DNA from: an uncultured Nitrospiraceae bacterium
GTDB taxonomy: Bacteria; Nitrospirota; Nitrospiria; Nitrospirales; Nitrospiraceae
Length of the DNA: 64,000 nucleotides
Reading direction: 5' to 3'
Assembly: GCA_963706325.1 (NCBI GenBank)
Contig: CAVPLT010000007.1
Coordinates: 32,001 to 96,000 of the forward strand
The number at the start of each line of letters is the position of its first letter. The stretch's first letter is position 1. The notes below the pieces were generated by a model that was not told the origin of the DNA, did no database searches, and saw only the letters and a program-made list of their open reading frames with translations. The position numbers and the translations under genes are program-made. This document shows, piece by piece, positions 29,101 to 39,190 of this stretch.

Positions 29101-30786
29101 ATGAATGATCTGCAAATTGCCCGGTCTGTGACCCTCAAGCATATCTTCGAGGTTGCACAAACTTTAGGCATTGATTCGGAACATCTCATCTCTTTTGGCC
29201 GTTATAAGGCGAAGGTGACCACTCATTTGGAATCGCGCATTAGCACGCGTCCAATCGGTCGATATGTGTTGGTTACGGCCATCAATCCGACTCCTCTTGG
29301 GGAAGGGAAAACGACCACCGCGATTGGATTAAGCATGGGGCTTTGTCGCTTGGGCCATCAGTCGGTTGTTACATTGAGACAGCCCTCTCTAGGGCCTGTC
29401 TTTGGCATTAAGGGAGGCGGTACGGGAGGTGGTCGATCGCAGGTGTGTCCGATGGAGGATATCAATCTGCACTTTACGGGTGATGCGCACGCCGTCTCCT
29501 CCAGTCATAATCTTCTTTCGGCGTTTGTGGATAACCATCTCTTTCATGGGAATGCTCTTCATCTCGATCCGAACAGTATCAGGTGGCCCCGAACGCTTGG
29601 TGTGAGTGATCGTGCACTTCGCAATGTTCTGAGCGGCGCAGAGCCTGACCGACGATCTGGACAGTTCGTGATCACGGAGGCCTCGGAGGTCATGGCGCTG
29701 CTAGCCCTGGCGACTGATCATGCGGACCTTCGCCGACGTCTGGGCAGAATTCTGGTTGGCCTGAAGGCAACCGGAGAGTTGGCCAGGGCCGAGGCATTTG
29801 GCTGCGCTGGCTCCATGGCGGTGCTGCTGAAAGACGCATTGTTGCCGAATTTAGTGCAGACCTTGGAGGGGACACCCGCATTCGTCCACGCGGGGCCGTT
29901 CGGCAATATCGCTCATGGAAATTGCTCAATCGTTTCGGACCGGTTGGCCTTGCGTTGCGCCGACTATGTGGTCACAGAGGCCGGGTTCGGGAGCGATTTA
30001 GGCGCCGATAAATTTTTTAATATTAAGTGCCGCACGTCCGGTCTTCGTCCCGATGTAGGGGTGATAGTGGCGACACTCCGGGCGCTGAAACTGCATGGCG
30101 GGGGCGGAGTAGCGAAAGCTGGAGCGCCGTTACCTAATGGATTGACGGGGCCGAATCAAAGTGCCTTAGAGAAAGGCTTTGCCAACCTCGAGCAGCACAT
30201 TGCCAATGTACGAGCCCACGGAGTGCCGGTGGTCGTCGCCGTGAATGCCTTCATTGATGATTCATCCGACGAATTGAATTGGGTGTGCGAACGGGCGAAG
30301 GCTGCGGGCGCGGAGGCGGCAGCGGTATCGACACATTGGGCCGATGGAGGACGGGGGGCCGAGGAGCTTGCGCGGGTTGTGGTCAAAGTCGCTGCGCAAG
30401 GCGCCGCGCAATTCAAACATCTGTATGATCTTGCCTGGCCAATCAAAAAGAAGATCGAAACCATCGCGACGACGATGTATGGCGCGGCGGGGGTTTCGTT
30501 TCAAGCTCAAGCGGAACGGGATATCGAACTTGCGACGCGAATGGGATTCAGTGACCTGCCCATTTGTATGGCGAAGACACCACTGTCGCTCTCCCACGAT
30601 CCCTCTCTTAAAGGGCGGCCATCCGGTTTCACAGTGCCTATTCAGGAACTGCGAATTCTGGCAGGTGCCGGATTTCTCACCGCGGTGTGCTCAGGTATCC
30701 AGCTGATGCCAGGCTTGCCGAAGAGACCGGCTGGGGAACGGATAGATATGGATCCGCAGTCTGGAGAGATTGTGGGGCTCGCGTAG
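29101..30786 (+). CDS. fhs: Formate--tetrahydrofolate ligase
   Basis: TAINPTPLGEGKTT, PSLGPVFGIKGG, INLHFTGD, GPFGNIAHG, TEAGFGSDLG, CMAKT. Confidence 0.95.
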   Translation: MNDLQIARSVTLKHIFEVAQTLGIDSEHLISFGRYKAKVTTHLESRISTRPIGRYVLVTAINPTPLGEGKTTTAIGLSMGLCRLGHQSVVTLRQPSLGPVFGIKGGGTGGGRSQVCPMEDINLHFTGDAHAVSSSHNLLSAFVDNHLFHGNALHLDPNSIRWPRTLGVSDRALRNVLSGAEPDRRSGQFVITEASEVMALLALATDHADLRRRLGRILVGLKATGELARAEAFGCAGSMAVLLKDALLPNLVQTLEGTPAFVHAGPFGNIAHGNCSIVSDRLALRCADYVVTEAGFGSDLGADKFFNIKCRTSGLRPDVGVIVATLRALKLHGGGGVAKAGAPLPNGLTGPNQSALEKGFANLEQHIANVRAHGVPVVVAVNAFIDDSSDELNWVCERAKAAGAEAAAVSTHWADGGRGAEELARVVVKVAAQGAAQFKHLYDLAWPIKKKIETIATTMYGAAGVSFQAQAERDIELATRMGFSDLPICMAKTPLSLSHDPSLKGRPSGFTVPIQELRILAGAGFLTAVCSGIQLMPGLPKRPAGERIDMDPQSGEIVGLA

Positions 30787-30792
30787 GAGGGT

Positions 30793-31654
30793 CTAGCGCT
30801 GCTTCAGGAACCGGAAGAATTCAGAATCCGGACTCATGAGAATAGTGGTCTTGTCTTTAAGGGTTTTGCGGTAGGCTTCCATAGTGCGGGTAAATTCAAA
30901 AAAATGGGGATCCTGACGATAGGCATCGGCATAAATCCGGAACGCCTTCGCGTCGCCGCCGCCCCGAAGTTCTTCTGACTCTCGATAGGCCTCCGCGAGA
31001 ATGATTTCTCGATCTTTTTCGGCCTCCGATTTGATTTTTTGAGCTTCCTCCGCGCCTTCGGCACGGTATTGCTTTGCTTGTCGTTCCCGTTCAGCTTGCA
31101 TCCTGGAAAACACGGCTTTTTCATTTTGTTCAGGCAAGTCGGCTCGCTTGATGCGGACGTCCTGAATTTCGATACCATAGGCCGATGCTTTTTCATTCGA
31201 CCGCTGTGTGACGACGTCCATGAGTTCAGCCCGGGCCGATGAGACGATCTCTGCCAGGTCGTGCCGGCCCAATTCCACGCGCAGCTCAGAATAAATAATA
31301 TCGTGCAGTCGCTGCAGGGCGCCCCGTTGGCTCTGGAAGGCTTGATAGACCTTTAGCGGGTCGGTGATTCGCCATTTGGCAAAGTTGTCGAGGAGCAGCG
31401 TCTTCTTGTCCTGTGTGATGACGTCCTGTGCATTGGAGTCGTAGTCTAAGAGTCGCTTGTCGAAATAGGTGACTTCCTCGATGAACGGCATTTTTAAGTA
31501 GAGTCCAGCTTCCGTCACATTGCGGACCGGCTTGCCCAATTGGACGACGATGGCATTTTGGATGACATCGACAACATAGAAGGGGGATGCGCCTAAGATA
31601 AGAAGGCCGAGGACGAGCCCGATAAGATGCCAGGATAAATCCTTGCTTGCTCAT
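30793..31654 (-). pseudogene. hflC: Protease modulator HflC with a frameshift near codon 10 (or a sequencing error)
   Basis: MSKQGFILA, then one extra base near 31627; the shifted frame reads LIGLVLGLLILGASPFYVVDVIQNAIVVQLGKP and continues into the SPFH domain. Confidence 0.88.
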
Positions 31655-32688
31655 GGCGTCCGTTCCTGCGTAGCGCCGGATGGGGCTGGTTTGGTGAATC
31701 GGTCGAGTGGCAAAAAAGGCAGGATGCGGTCTCCGCCCTTGCCGTCGAGGACAAATTTGTCGATGTGGGGTAGAACGTCTTCAAGGGTCTCGATGTAGAT
31801 TCGCTTGCTGATAATGTCCTTGGCCTGATGGTATTCCTTCAGTGTCGCCAGGAATCGATTCGCTTCGCCCTGCGATCGATTGAGTCGCGCTTGCGCATAG
31901 CCTTTGGCCTGGTTGATCAACTGCGCCGCTTCACCCTTGGCTTTGGGCGTAATATCATTACGGTAGCCCTGTGCTTGGTTGATCAATTTTTCACGATCTT
32001 CCTTGGCATTGGTCACATCTTTGAACGCGGCAGCCACCGCTTCGGGCGGATCGACATCCTGCAGTTGTACCGCGGCAATTTGCACGCCGGTCTTATAGTC
32101 GTCCAGGATGTGTTGGAGGAGCTCCTGGGTGTCGTTCTGGATTTGCGCTTTGCCGGTGGTGAGGGCTTCGTCGATCTTGCTCTTGCCGATCACTTCCCGC
32201 ATCGAGGCTTCCGCCGCCTTCCCGATCGTCTCGTCGATATCCGCCACATTGAATAGGTACTCGCGTGAACTTTTGATCTTATATTGGACGATGAATTCAA
32301 TCGCCAAGATGTTCATATCGCCGGTTAACATCAAGGCTTCTTGCGGTACCATCTGCTGACGCCCTTGACGATCCTTTCGAAACCCAATTTCCACGCGATG
32401 GAGCTTGGCAACCTTGGGCTGCAGCACGCTTTCGACAATGGGAATTTTCAAGTGCGGCCCTGGATCAACGACTCGAACCGGAATGCCGAAGCGTTTGACG
32501 ACCCCTTCTTCGTCCGGCGCCACAATGAAGGCGCTTTGCCAAATGAGAAAAATGGCGAGCGCGACGATTAAGAGATTGCGTAATCCGCTGGAGGGCAACA
32601 GATCGCGAAGCTGGCCTCGGGCCTGTTGGAAGGCCTGGTCCAAGTCATCGCCCTTTTTGCTCCACGGATCTTTAGGGTCCCAGGCCAT
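31651..32688 (-). CDS. hflK: FtsH protease modulator HflK
   Basis: MAWDPKDPW, TM, EEGVVKRFG, MLTGDMN, RIYIETLE; coupled to hflC. Confidence 0.94.
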   Translation of the reverse strand: MAWDPKDPWSKKGDDLDQAFQQARGQLRDLLPSSGLRNLLIVALAIFLIWQSAFIVAPDEEGVVKRFGIPVRVVDPGPHLKIPIVESVLQPKVAKLHRVEIGFRKDRQGRQQMVPQEALMLTGDMNILAIEFIVQYKIKSSREYLFNVADIDETIGKAAEASMREVIGKSKIDEALTTGKAQIQNDTQELLQHILDDYKTGVQIAAVQLQDVDPPEAVAAAFKDVTNAKEDREKLINQAQGYRNDITPKAKGEAAQLINQAKGYAQARLNRSQGEANRFLATLKEYHQAKDIISKRIYIETLEDVLPHIDKFVLDGKGGDRILPFLPLDRFTKPAPSGATQERTP

Positions 32689-32966
32689 ACGTGACTCAAT
32701 TCAGTAAAGTGGCAAAGACGCCAACGGTGCACCTTAACAAAGTGAGCAACGGCGAGCAACAGGTAATAAGGAGCCACAAGGATAGCCACCCTCCATTATA
32801 CGAAGAAGTCTGGCGTGAGGAACCAAATGCGGGCTCTTGCGAAGCGGTCAGAAAGGTTTTGCGGTAGGCCGTCCCTATCGTTCTTCCTAGTTCGGTGTCC
32901 CGCCTCCACATGATAGAAGGGCCGCCGGATCGGTGTTCAACGGTTGGCTACATTATGGAGGGTGCA

Positions 32967-33554
32967 ATGAAAGGTCGGGCCATGCAGAAGCTGTTGCGGA
33001 TAGGATTGTTGATGGGTGTGGTGCTGGCGTACTCATCTGGTGACGGCGGCGCGGCGGAATGGGTCCATGAAGGAATGGCTGAACCGGGAAAGTGGACGGC
33101 GGGTTTCCGTGTAGGGCCAAGCTTTATCACGCAACCGAGCAATCTGAACACCACTGGACCAGCGCTTAACTTTCAAGCTCTCTACGGAATCAACCGGTGG
33201 TTCAGGCTAGGGGCCATGCTTGAATGGGAGAACCATGGCTTCGATCGTGTCCGAAGATCCTTGGATACTGTCACGCTGCTTCCCCTCATGCTCGAATATC
33301 GGCCCGGGCATATCGGCGAAGTCATTCCCTATCTGTCGACCGGTATTGGCGTGAATATCAACAGCAACGATGTGAAGGACACCTTTGCCTGGAGAACGGC
33401 GGGTGGCCTGGATTATGCGCTGACGAACTGGTTCTCCGGCGCTCCAAAAGGGTTGATGTTGAACACTGAAGTGGCCTGGAAGCGCAATGCCGCCGATGTC
33501 GGCGAGGCATCTGCAATCAGCATGATCTTCGGCGTGCGGTACACGTTTCAATAG
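32967..33554 (+). CDS. Outer-membrane beta-barrel protein (OmpW/OmpA-like, 8-stranded)
   Basis: Signal peptide, PYLSTGIG, AGGLDY, C-terminal GVRYTF; SD GGAGG. Confidence 0.8.
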   Translation: MKGRAMQKLLRIGLLMGVVLAYSSGDGGAAEWVHEGMAEPGKWTAGFRVGPSFITQPSNLNTTGPALNFQALYGINRWFRLGAMLEWENHGFDRVRRSLDTVTLLPLMLEYRPGHIGEVIPYLSTGIGVNINSNDVKDTFAWRTAGGLDYALTNWFSGAPKGLMLNTEVAWKRNAADVGEASAISMIFGVRYTFQ

Positions 33555-33565
33555 TCCCTATGATG

Positions 33566-33609
33566 GAGCGGGTGCCGGCCGCTGCCGCAGGGCGAGCCGG
33601 CATTCGCTC
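33566..33609 (+). terminator. Stem-loop downstream of the beta-barrel gene
   Basis: GAGCGGGTGCCGGC...GCCGGCATTCGCTC inverted repeat; no U-tract. Confidence 0.45.
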
Positions 33610-33707
33610 GTCGAGAAGGTCGCCTCCCCCAATAGCAGGACCAGGGAAAGTGCTAGCTGCGTCTTGAGCAGCTGCCTACTACTCTTGCTTATACGTGGAG
33701 GAAGATT

Positions 33708-34868
33708 GTGCTGCGACGAACGGTGTCTATAAAATCTCCGACGACCCTGCGTTTATCGAATCGCCGTCCCGCCAGGCGCATCCGTTATGCCATCGTCGGG
33801 CTGGGTCACATCGCGCAGGTAGCGGTGTTACCGGCGTTCGCCCACGCCCGATCCAATTCGGATGTCACGGCGCTCGTGTCGGATGATCCGGAGAAGCTGC
33901 GGCAGATCAGTAAAAAATATCGCGTTCCGTATACCTATACCTACAAGCAATTTGACCAATGTTTGCGTGATGGGCACATTGATGCCGTGTACATTGCGCT
34001 TCCGAACCATTTGCATTGTGAATACGCCGTGCGAGCAGCGAAAGCCGGCATTCATGTGTTGTGCGAAAAGCCTATGGCCGTCACCCAGCAGGAATGCCGG
34101 CGAATGATCGAAGCCGCTGAGAAAGCCCACGTAAAACTCATGGTGGCCTACCGGCTCCATCTGGAAGAGGCGAACTTAAATACCGTTCAGCTGGCCCGCT
34201 CTGGAAAACTCGGTAACCTGCGACTGTTCAATTCCGTTTTTACGATGCAGGTACGAGAAGGGGACATCCGGCTGAGTAAGCAACTGGGTGGTGGCACGCT
34301 CTATGATATCGGGGTCTACTGTATCAACGCCGCGCGATATTTATTTCGAGACAATCCAACCTCGGTCAGCGCGTTCGCGGTCCAAGGAGAAAATCGGCGC
34401 TTTAAAGAGGTCGATGAAATGACCGCCGCGTTGTTACATTTTCCGGGGGACCGCTTGGCCACGTTTATCTGCAGCTTTGGGTCGACCGATGTGTCCGCAT
34501 ACGACCTCGTGGGAACCAAAGGCCTGGTACGAATGGATCCCGCATACGAGTATGTGGGCTCTCTCAAGCAACAGATCTCGCTCAACGGAACAACCAAGAT
34601 CCGGGAGTTCCCTCCGCGCGACCAATTCGCGCCTGAGCTCGTCTATTTCTCACAGTGCATTTTGAAGAATACCGAGCCGGAACCAAACGGCTTGGAGGGG
34701 CTTATTGACGTACAGATCGTGCAGGCCCTGTATCGCTCTACGAAAAGCGGCAAGCCAGTCACTTTGCGGCCAATAGAGAAGCAGCAATGGCCCACCATAA
34801 AGCAAGTGGTCCGGCGGTCGCCCGTCTCAAAGCCCAGGCTTGTGAAGGTGAAGTCGCCTTCGCTCTGA
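33708..34868 (+). CDS. Gfo/Idh/MocA oxidoreductase (glucose-fructose oxidoreductase-like)
   Basis: YAIVGLGHIA, DAVYIALPNHLH, HVLCEKPMA, GGGTLYDIGVYC. Confidence 0.9.
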   Translation: MLRRTVSIKSPTTLRLSNRRPARRIRYAIVGLGHIAQVAVLPAFAHARSNSDVTALVSDDPEKLRQISKKYRVPYTYTYKQFDQCLRDGHIDAVYIALPNHLHCEYAVRAAKAGIHVLCEKPMAVTQQECRRMIEAAEKAHVKLMVAYRLHLEEANLNTVQLARSGKLGNLRLFNSVFTMQVREGDIRLSKQLGGGTLYDIGVYCINAARYLFRDNPTSVSAFAVQGENRRFKEVDEMTAALLHFPGDRLATFICSFGSTDVSAYDLVGTKGLVRMDPAYEYVGSLKQQISLNGTTKIREFPPRDQFAPELVYFSQCILKNTEPEPNGLEGLIDVQIVQALYRSTKSGKPVTLRPIEKQQWPTIKQVVRRSPVSKPRLVKVKSPSL

Positions 34869-35005
34869 TCACGGCTGTCAGGGATTATGCGAGACGCATT
34901 TCAACAACTCGTATTGGGTTGCAGTAGTCGATAGGAAGCCGCTCCAGAATCAGGGCCCCTGCCAGACACGGTGTGAGCGATGAATGTCGCCAGGGCGCTT
35001 GTTTA

Positions 35006-36046
35006 TTATGAGGTCAAGGCCCCGCCGCAGGATGAGCCGGACCCTGCCGTGCACCCATAGCAATGGTTCCTCGTCACGATCCGTCGGCGGTGTAATGATG
35101 ACAAATCGAAGTCTCGGATATGCCGTGGGATTCCCTGCGAGACCGGTAACTCCAGCATCTGATTGAAGTCACAGTCGTACAACGTGCCGTCCCATCCGAC
35201 CGAGAGTGTAGAGCGGCACATCACGCCTGCCGCCGCTGCGGGATTGAACGCAGCCGCCAGACGTTCCATGTAATCTTCATAGTTGCCGCTTTCTCTCAAA
35301 AACTCCAGAAACCTGCTGATCGGCATATTAGTGATGGTGTAGAGATGCGTGAAGCTGACTCCGTGTCGTCCCGCCAGTTCCTTCCGGAACTGCGCTTCTA
35401 TCCCTGCCTGCTTCGGGGGGAGAAACGCGCCGACCGGGTTGTACACGAGGTTCAACGTCAGTCCGGTTCCTTCCTTGCCGTAACCGAGGTCGTTTAATAG
35501 CCGCAGGGCCTCTACCGACTTGTGAAAAATTCCCTCGCCGCGTTGGGCGTCCGTCTGAGACGCTTGATAGGAAGGCAGCGACGCAATGACCTCCACCCGG
35601 TGCTGAGCCAGGAACTCGCCGAGGTTGGCCTGGGAAGGGAGGAGGAGCACGGACAGGTTGCATCGATCCAGCACATGGCGGCCTAACGAGCGAGCCTGCT
35701 CGACCAGCCACCGAAAGTGAGGATTCAATTCAGGAGCGCCGCCCGTAATGTCCAGGGTGGGGATGTCGGTGCAAGCAAGGGCTTGCAGACAGAGGTCCAT
35801 CGTGTCTTTCGACATGACTTCCGTTCGATCCGGACCGGCATCCACGTGGCAATGTCGGCAGGTCTGGTTGCAAAGCTTTCCGACATTCAGTTGGAGCGTC
35901 GTGATACCGGTTGCCTCCAGAGGAAAGAGCCCGGCGTGACCGAGCGCGGTTTCGAAAGGCGGGCAGGCTGTCGTTTCTGCCAACAGACGCAGCTGTTCCG
36001 AAGGCGCCGCGAGCGGGTCCCGTCGAGCGAGCAGACTTAGACCCAT
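35006..36046 (-). CDS. arsS: Arsenosugar-biosynthesis-type radical SAM protein ArsS
   Basis: QLNVGKLCNQTCRHCHVDAGP, DITGGAPELNP, TNMPISRF, VMCR, YDCDFNQML, HCYGCTAGSGSSCGG. Confidence 0.85.
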   Translation of the reverse strand: MGLSLLARRDPLAAPSEQLRLLAETTACPPFETALGHAGLFPLEATGITTLQLNVGKLCNQTCRHCHVDAGPDRTEVMSKDTMDLCLQALACTDIPTLDITGGAPELNPHFRWLVEQARSLGRHVLDRCNLSVLLLPSQANLGEFLAQHRVEVIASLPSYQASQTDAQRGEGIFHKSVEALRLLNDLGYGKEGTGLTLNLVYNPVGAFLPPKQAGIEAQFRKELAGRHGVSFTHLYTITNMPISRFLEFLRESGNYEDYMERLAAAFNPAAAAGVMCRSTLSVGWDGTLYDCDFNQMLELPVSQGIPRHIRDFDLSSLHRRRIVTRNHCYGCTAGSGSSCGGALTS

Positions 36047-36080
36047 CGAATCGATCCTTTCCTCGCCGCCGGTTTGGCGC

Positions 36081-37268
36081 TCAGCAACAATCGCCGGTGG
36101 AGCTGCAGCTCACCTCGGTGCCCTGTACACGTGTCGAAGCTCGGTTGTAGATCGTGAAGTGGGAACCATAGGCGTCTTGTGTCAGGACGCGCGTTGTTTT
36201 GGAACAGATTTCGAGCGGGACGCCCCGGTAGTACTGATGGTGATCGTCATCTTCCGCATGAATGATCGGACCGGTGAGCATCGCATAGTCTCCTTCCCAC
36301 AGGCAGGGCATTGGCTCCGGAAGCACGGCGCACCACCGGGGATCTGTGCTATCGATGAAGGTGGCCGTGGAGGCAATGATGAACAGGGACTGAAGCGGGA
36401 CACTTTGAAGGAGTTGCGTGGTACGTGGATCGATCGATTGCGGCACGCCCCGTCGATATTGCTGGCCGAGTTCATCCGTCACCGCGGAGAAGGGACCTCG
36501 CAGGGTGGCATAGAAAGGAGCCGCATGGTCGGTGAGGGGGCCGAATTTGTAGCCGGTGAGGGTGACCGATAAAAAATGAATGCCATCGATTGTTTGCCAG
36601 GGCGTGGATTTGATCTGATGCACGGCCTGGAAACCGGCGTCCACTATGCCGCTGATGTAGTCCTGTGCCTGCAAGGCGCCGGACAGGCAGTCGCCCCACT
36701 TGGCCGAATCGTGAACGAGGTACTGTGGAACGACCTGATCGGACACGATATCCGAAATCGTAAAGCGCCCGCCTGGCTTTAAGACTCGAAACATGTCACG
36801 AAACACCTTCCGCTTATCGGGCGCTAGGTTGATCACACAATTGGAAATAATCAGGTCGACGCTCGCATCCTCGACGGGCAGGGCATCGGCCATGCCTTTT
36901 CGGAACTCCATGTTCGACGCCTCATAGCCCAGGTTTGCGGCGACAAGGGGGGCATTTCGGCTGGCGATTTCCAGCATCGTGTCGGTCATGTCGATTCCGA
37001 TGACCTTGCCGGTCGGGCCCACGCGGCGAGCCGCTTCGAAACAATCGATGCCGCCGCCGGACCCAATGTCCAGCACGGTTTCGCCAGGTTGAACGGTATT
37101 GAGTCCGGCTGGGGTGCCGCACCCATAGGAAATGGTCAGGACTTCCTCTGGGACAAAGGACTTGAGGTCAGTAAAGTCATAGCCGGTCGGACAGCACATC
37201 TGTTCGCCCGTCGCTGCGGCCCGGGCATAGCGGTCGCTGACTTTCTGCTCAATGTCGTCGATAGCCAT
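36081..37268 (-). CDS. arsM: Arsenite methyltransferase-like protein with extended C-terminus
   Basis: [37 protein letters not shown] (the ArsM cysteine set); directly upstream of arsS. Confidence 0.8.
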   Translation of the reverse strand: MAIDDIEQKVSDRYARAAATGEQMCCPTGYDFTDLKSFVPEEVLTISYGCGTPAGLNTVQPGETVLDIGSGGGIDCFEAARRVGPTGKVIGIDMTDTMLEIASRNAPLVAANLGYEASNMEFRKGMADALPVEDASVDLIISNCVINLAPDKRKVFRDMFRVLKPGGRFTISDIVSDQVVPQYLVHDSAKWGDCLSGALQAQDYISGIVDAGFQAVHQIKSTPWQTIDGIHFLSVTLTGYKFGPLTDHAAPFYATLRGPFSAVTDELGQQYRRGVPQSIDPRTTQLLQSVPLQSLFIIASTATFIDSTDPRWCAVLPEPMPCLWEGDYAMLTGPIIHAEDDDHHQYYRGVPLEICSKTTRVLTQDAYGSHFTIYNRASTRVQGTEVSCSSTGDCC

Positions 37269-37331
37269 ACGCTCCTTGCCGTCAAAGGGAGAATGCAACC
37301 GAATTGATCTATCAAGAGAATAGGCGGTAGG

Positions 37332-37711
37332 TCAACAACCACGGGAGGCAGGAGGGCCGAGCGAGAAGGCAGGGCCACCGGTCCGGCTGGGAACGTTGAA
37401 CTTATGCAGCGAAGTCACGAGGACCCCCACCAGGGCATTAAAATACTGCGGCTCACGGTCATGCCGGGGGGGCGTGCTGTTCATCTCTCGACCGGTGTAC
37501 GTGCAGGGACCGCCTGAGGCTTGGCAAATCCGATCGATGATCATGGAGTTCAAGCTCGGTATATTCCTATTCGCAAACCGGCTACTGATGCGGATCGGCC
37601 CAAGCGACGGAGTCGTTTGCCAACCCAGATGGCTGTCCCGCCGCCAAGCTGGTCGTAGAGCGACTTTCCAGGTGGCGACGCGGGGTTGCCGGGAAAGGAT
37701 CCAGTCCGCAT
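37332..37711 (-). pseudogene. Decayed group I truncated haemoglobin (GlbN/trHbN-like)
   Basis: Fragments in different frames: KSLYDQLGG; RISSRFANRNIPSLNSMIIDRICQASGGPCTYTGREM; FNALVGVLVTSLHKFNVP. Confidence 0.8.
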
Positions 37712-37752
37712 ATCGTCGTCCCCGCTGTCCCCGCCGAGGCGGCCCACAGGGA

Positions 37753-37775
37753 TCTTGACAGGAACTGTGTCAAGA
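37753..37775. promoter_or_regulatory. Perfect inverted repeat TCTTGACA-N7-TGTCAAGA between divergent genes
   Basis: 8-bp arms seen directly, each containing TTGACA. Confidence 0.55.
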
Positions 37776-37850
37776 ACGGACACTAGCGCTCCTTGGCCGG
37801 TGGGGCGTGATGCGCTGGCCATCGGGTCCGATAACCCTAAGAGGGTTGCC

Positions 37851-39164
37851 ATGGATCAACGCCGTTCCGCTCCTTCTCCCGTCATACTGACATGCTTTTC
37901 CGGACCAGATCAGGGCAAGCGCCTCGCCTTCAAAGACACCCAGTCCACGTTGGGCCGCTCAGTGCAATGCGATCTCCTCAGTGATGATCAGGATGTCGCT
38001 GACCGGCATGTCCTCTTCCAATTGCAAGGTGAAAAGCCGCTCTGCCAGTCGATTGGGAATGCGCCCCTCTTCGTAGACGGGCAACGCGCGCAAGAGATCG
38101 GCATTCTGCCGGGGCAGCAGCTGCGTATCGGCCGCTCGTTGTGGCACCTAGGCGCAGCCGCGACGGCCTCACCGGCCGAAGGATGGTTCGAGGATATTAC
38201 GGGCCGCATCAGTTCGGTTGCAGGAGTGGAAAAGATTCAGGGGTTTGACGCGCGGGAGATGTTCTCCGAAGTCTTTCGTTCGCGGTCGGACGAACATGTG
38301 GAGGAACATTTCACCGTCGGCACTCCTTCCACCACGCCGCCCCTGTCGGCTGTCGACACCACCTGGCCCAAACCCTGGGTGTTCTTCAAAACTTTTACGT
38401 TTTCTGTGCTGGTCTATGTGTGTTTCGTGTTTGCCGTCGAGGAATTTCACAACCCGAAACTCCTACCGGGTCTGATCATGACCGGCACCTTCCTGATTCC
38501 CGTGTCTCTACTGATCTTCTTTTTTGAAATGAATGTGCTGCGGAATGTGTCGCTGTATCAGGTCGTGAAACTCGTCATGCTCGGGGGAATCATGTCGCTG
38601 ATTCTCTCGCTCTTTCTCTTTCAGTGGACGGACCTCGGAACCTGGCTGGGCGCCATGAGCGCGGGAATCGTGGAAGAGGTCGGCAAGGCGGCGGCGTTGT
38701 TGCTGGTCATCAACAAAACGAAATACCGCTGGACCTTGAATGGGTTGCTGTTCGGCGCTGCTGTGGGGACCGGCTTCTCGGCCTTTGAATCGGCTGGATA
38801 TGCGCTATTGACCGGCCTGAGTTACGGGCAGGAGGCCATGCTGCAGGTCATTACGCTAAGAGGCCTGCTCAGTATGCTGGGGCTCCACGTGGTGTGGACC
38901 TCGATGGTCGGGGCGGCGCTGTGGCGAGCGCGAGGCGATCGGACATTCAGCCTCGAGATTCTTAAAGACCCCCAATTTGTTCGGATCTTCCTGCTCGCCA
39001 TGTCGCTTCACATGGCCTGGAACGCCCCCTTCAACCTGCCCTTCTATTTTAAGTATGTCATTTTGGGTTTCGTCGCCTGGGTCGTTAATCTCGCACTGAT
39101 TCAAGCCGGACTGAGGGAAGTGCGTGTGGCTCAGGATGTGATGAAGGCGTCGCAGGCTGCCTGA
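37851..39164 (+). CDS. FHA domain fused to a PrsW-family intramembrane metalloprotease
   Basis: FHA-like LGRS...VADRH; PrsW motifs IVEEVGK, GFSAFES, HVVWT, LHMAWN. Confidence 0.85.
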   Translation: MDQRRSAPSPVILTCFSGPDQGKRLAFKDTQSTLGRSVQCDLLSDDQDVADRHVLFQLQGEKPLCQSIGNAPLFVDGQRAQEIGILPGQQLRIGRSLWHLGAAATASPAEGWFEDITGRISSVAGVEKIQGFDAREMFSEVFRSRSDEHVEEHFTVGTPSTTPPLSAVDTTWPKPWVFFKTFTFSVLVYVCFVFAVEEFHNPKLLPGLIMTGTFLIPVSLLIFFFEMNVLRNVSLYQVVKLVMLGGIMSLILSLFLFQWTDLGTWLGAMSAGIVEEVGKAAALLLVINKTKYRWTLNGLLFGAAVGTGFSAFESAGYALLTGLSYGQEAMLQVITLRGLLSMLGLHVVWTSMVGAALWRARGDRTFSLEILKDPQFVRIFLLAMSLHMAWNAPFNLPFYFKYVILGFVAWVVNLALIQAGLREVRVAQDVMKASQAA

Positions 39165-39190
39165 GCGGGCGCTCAAGGCAGCACGACCAG

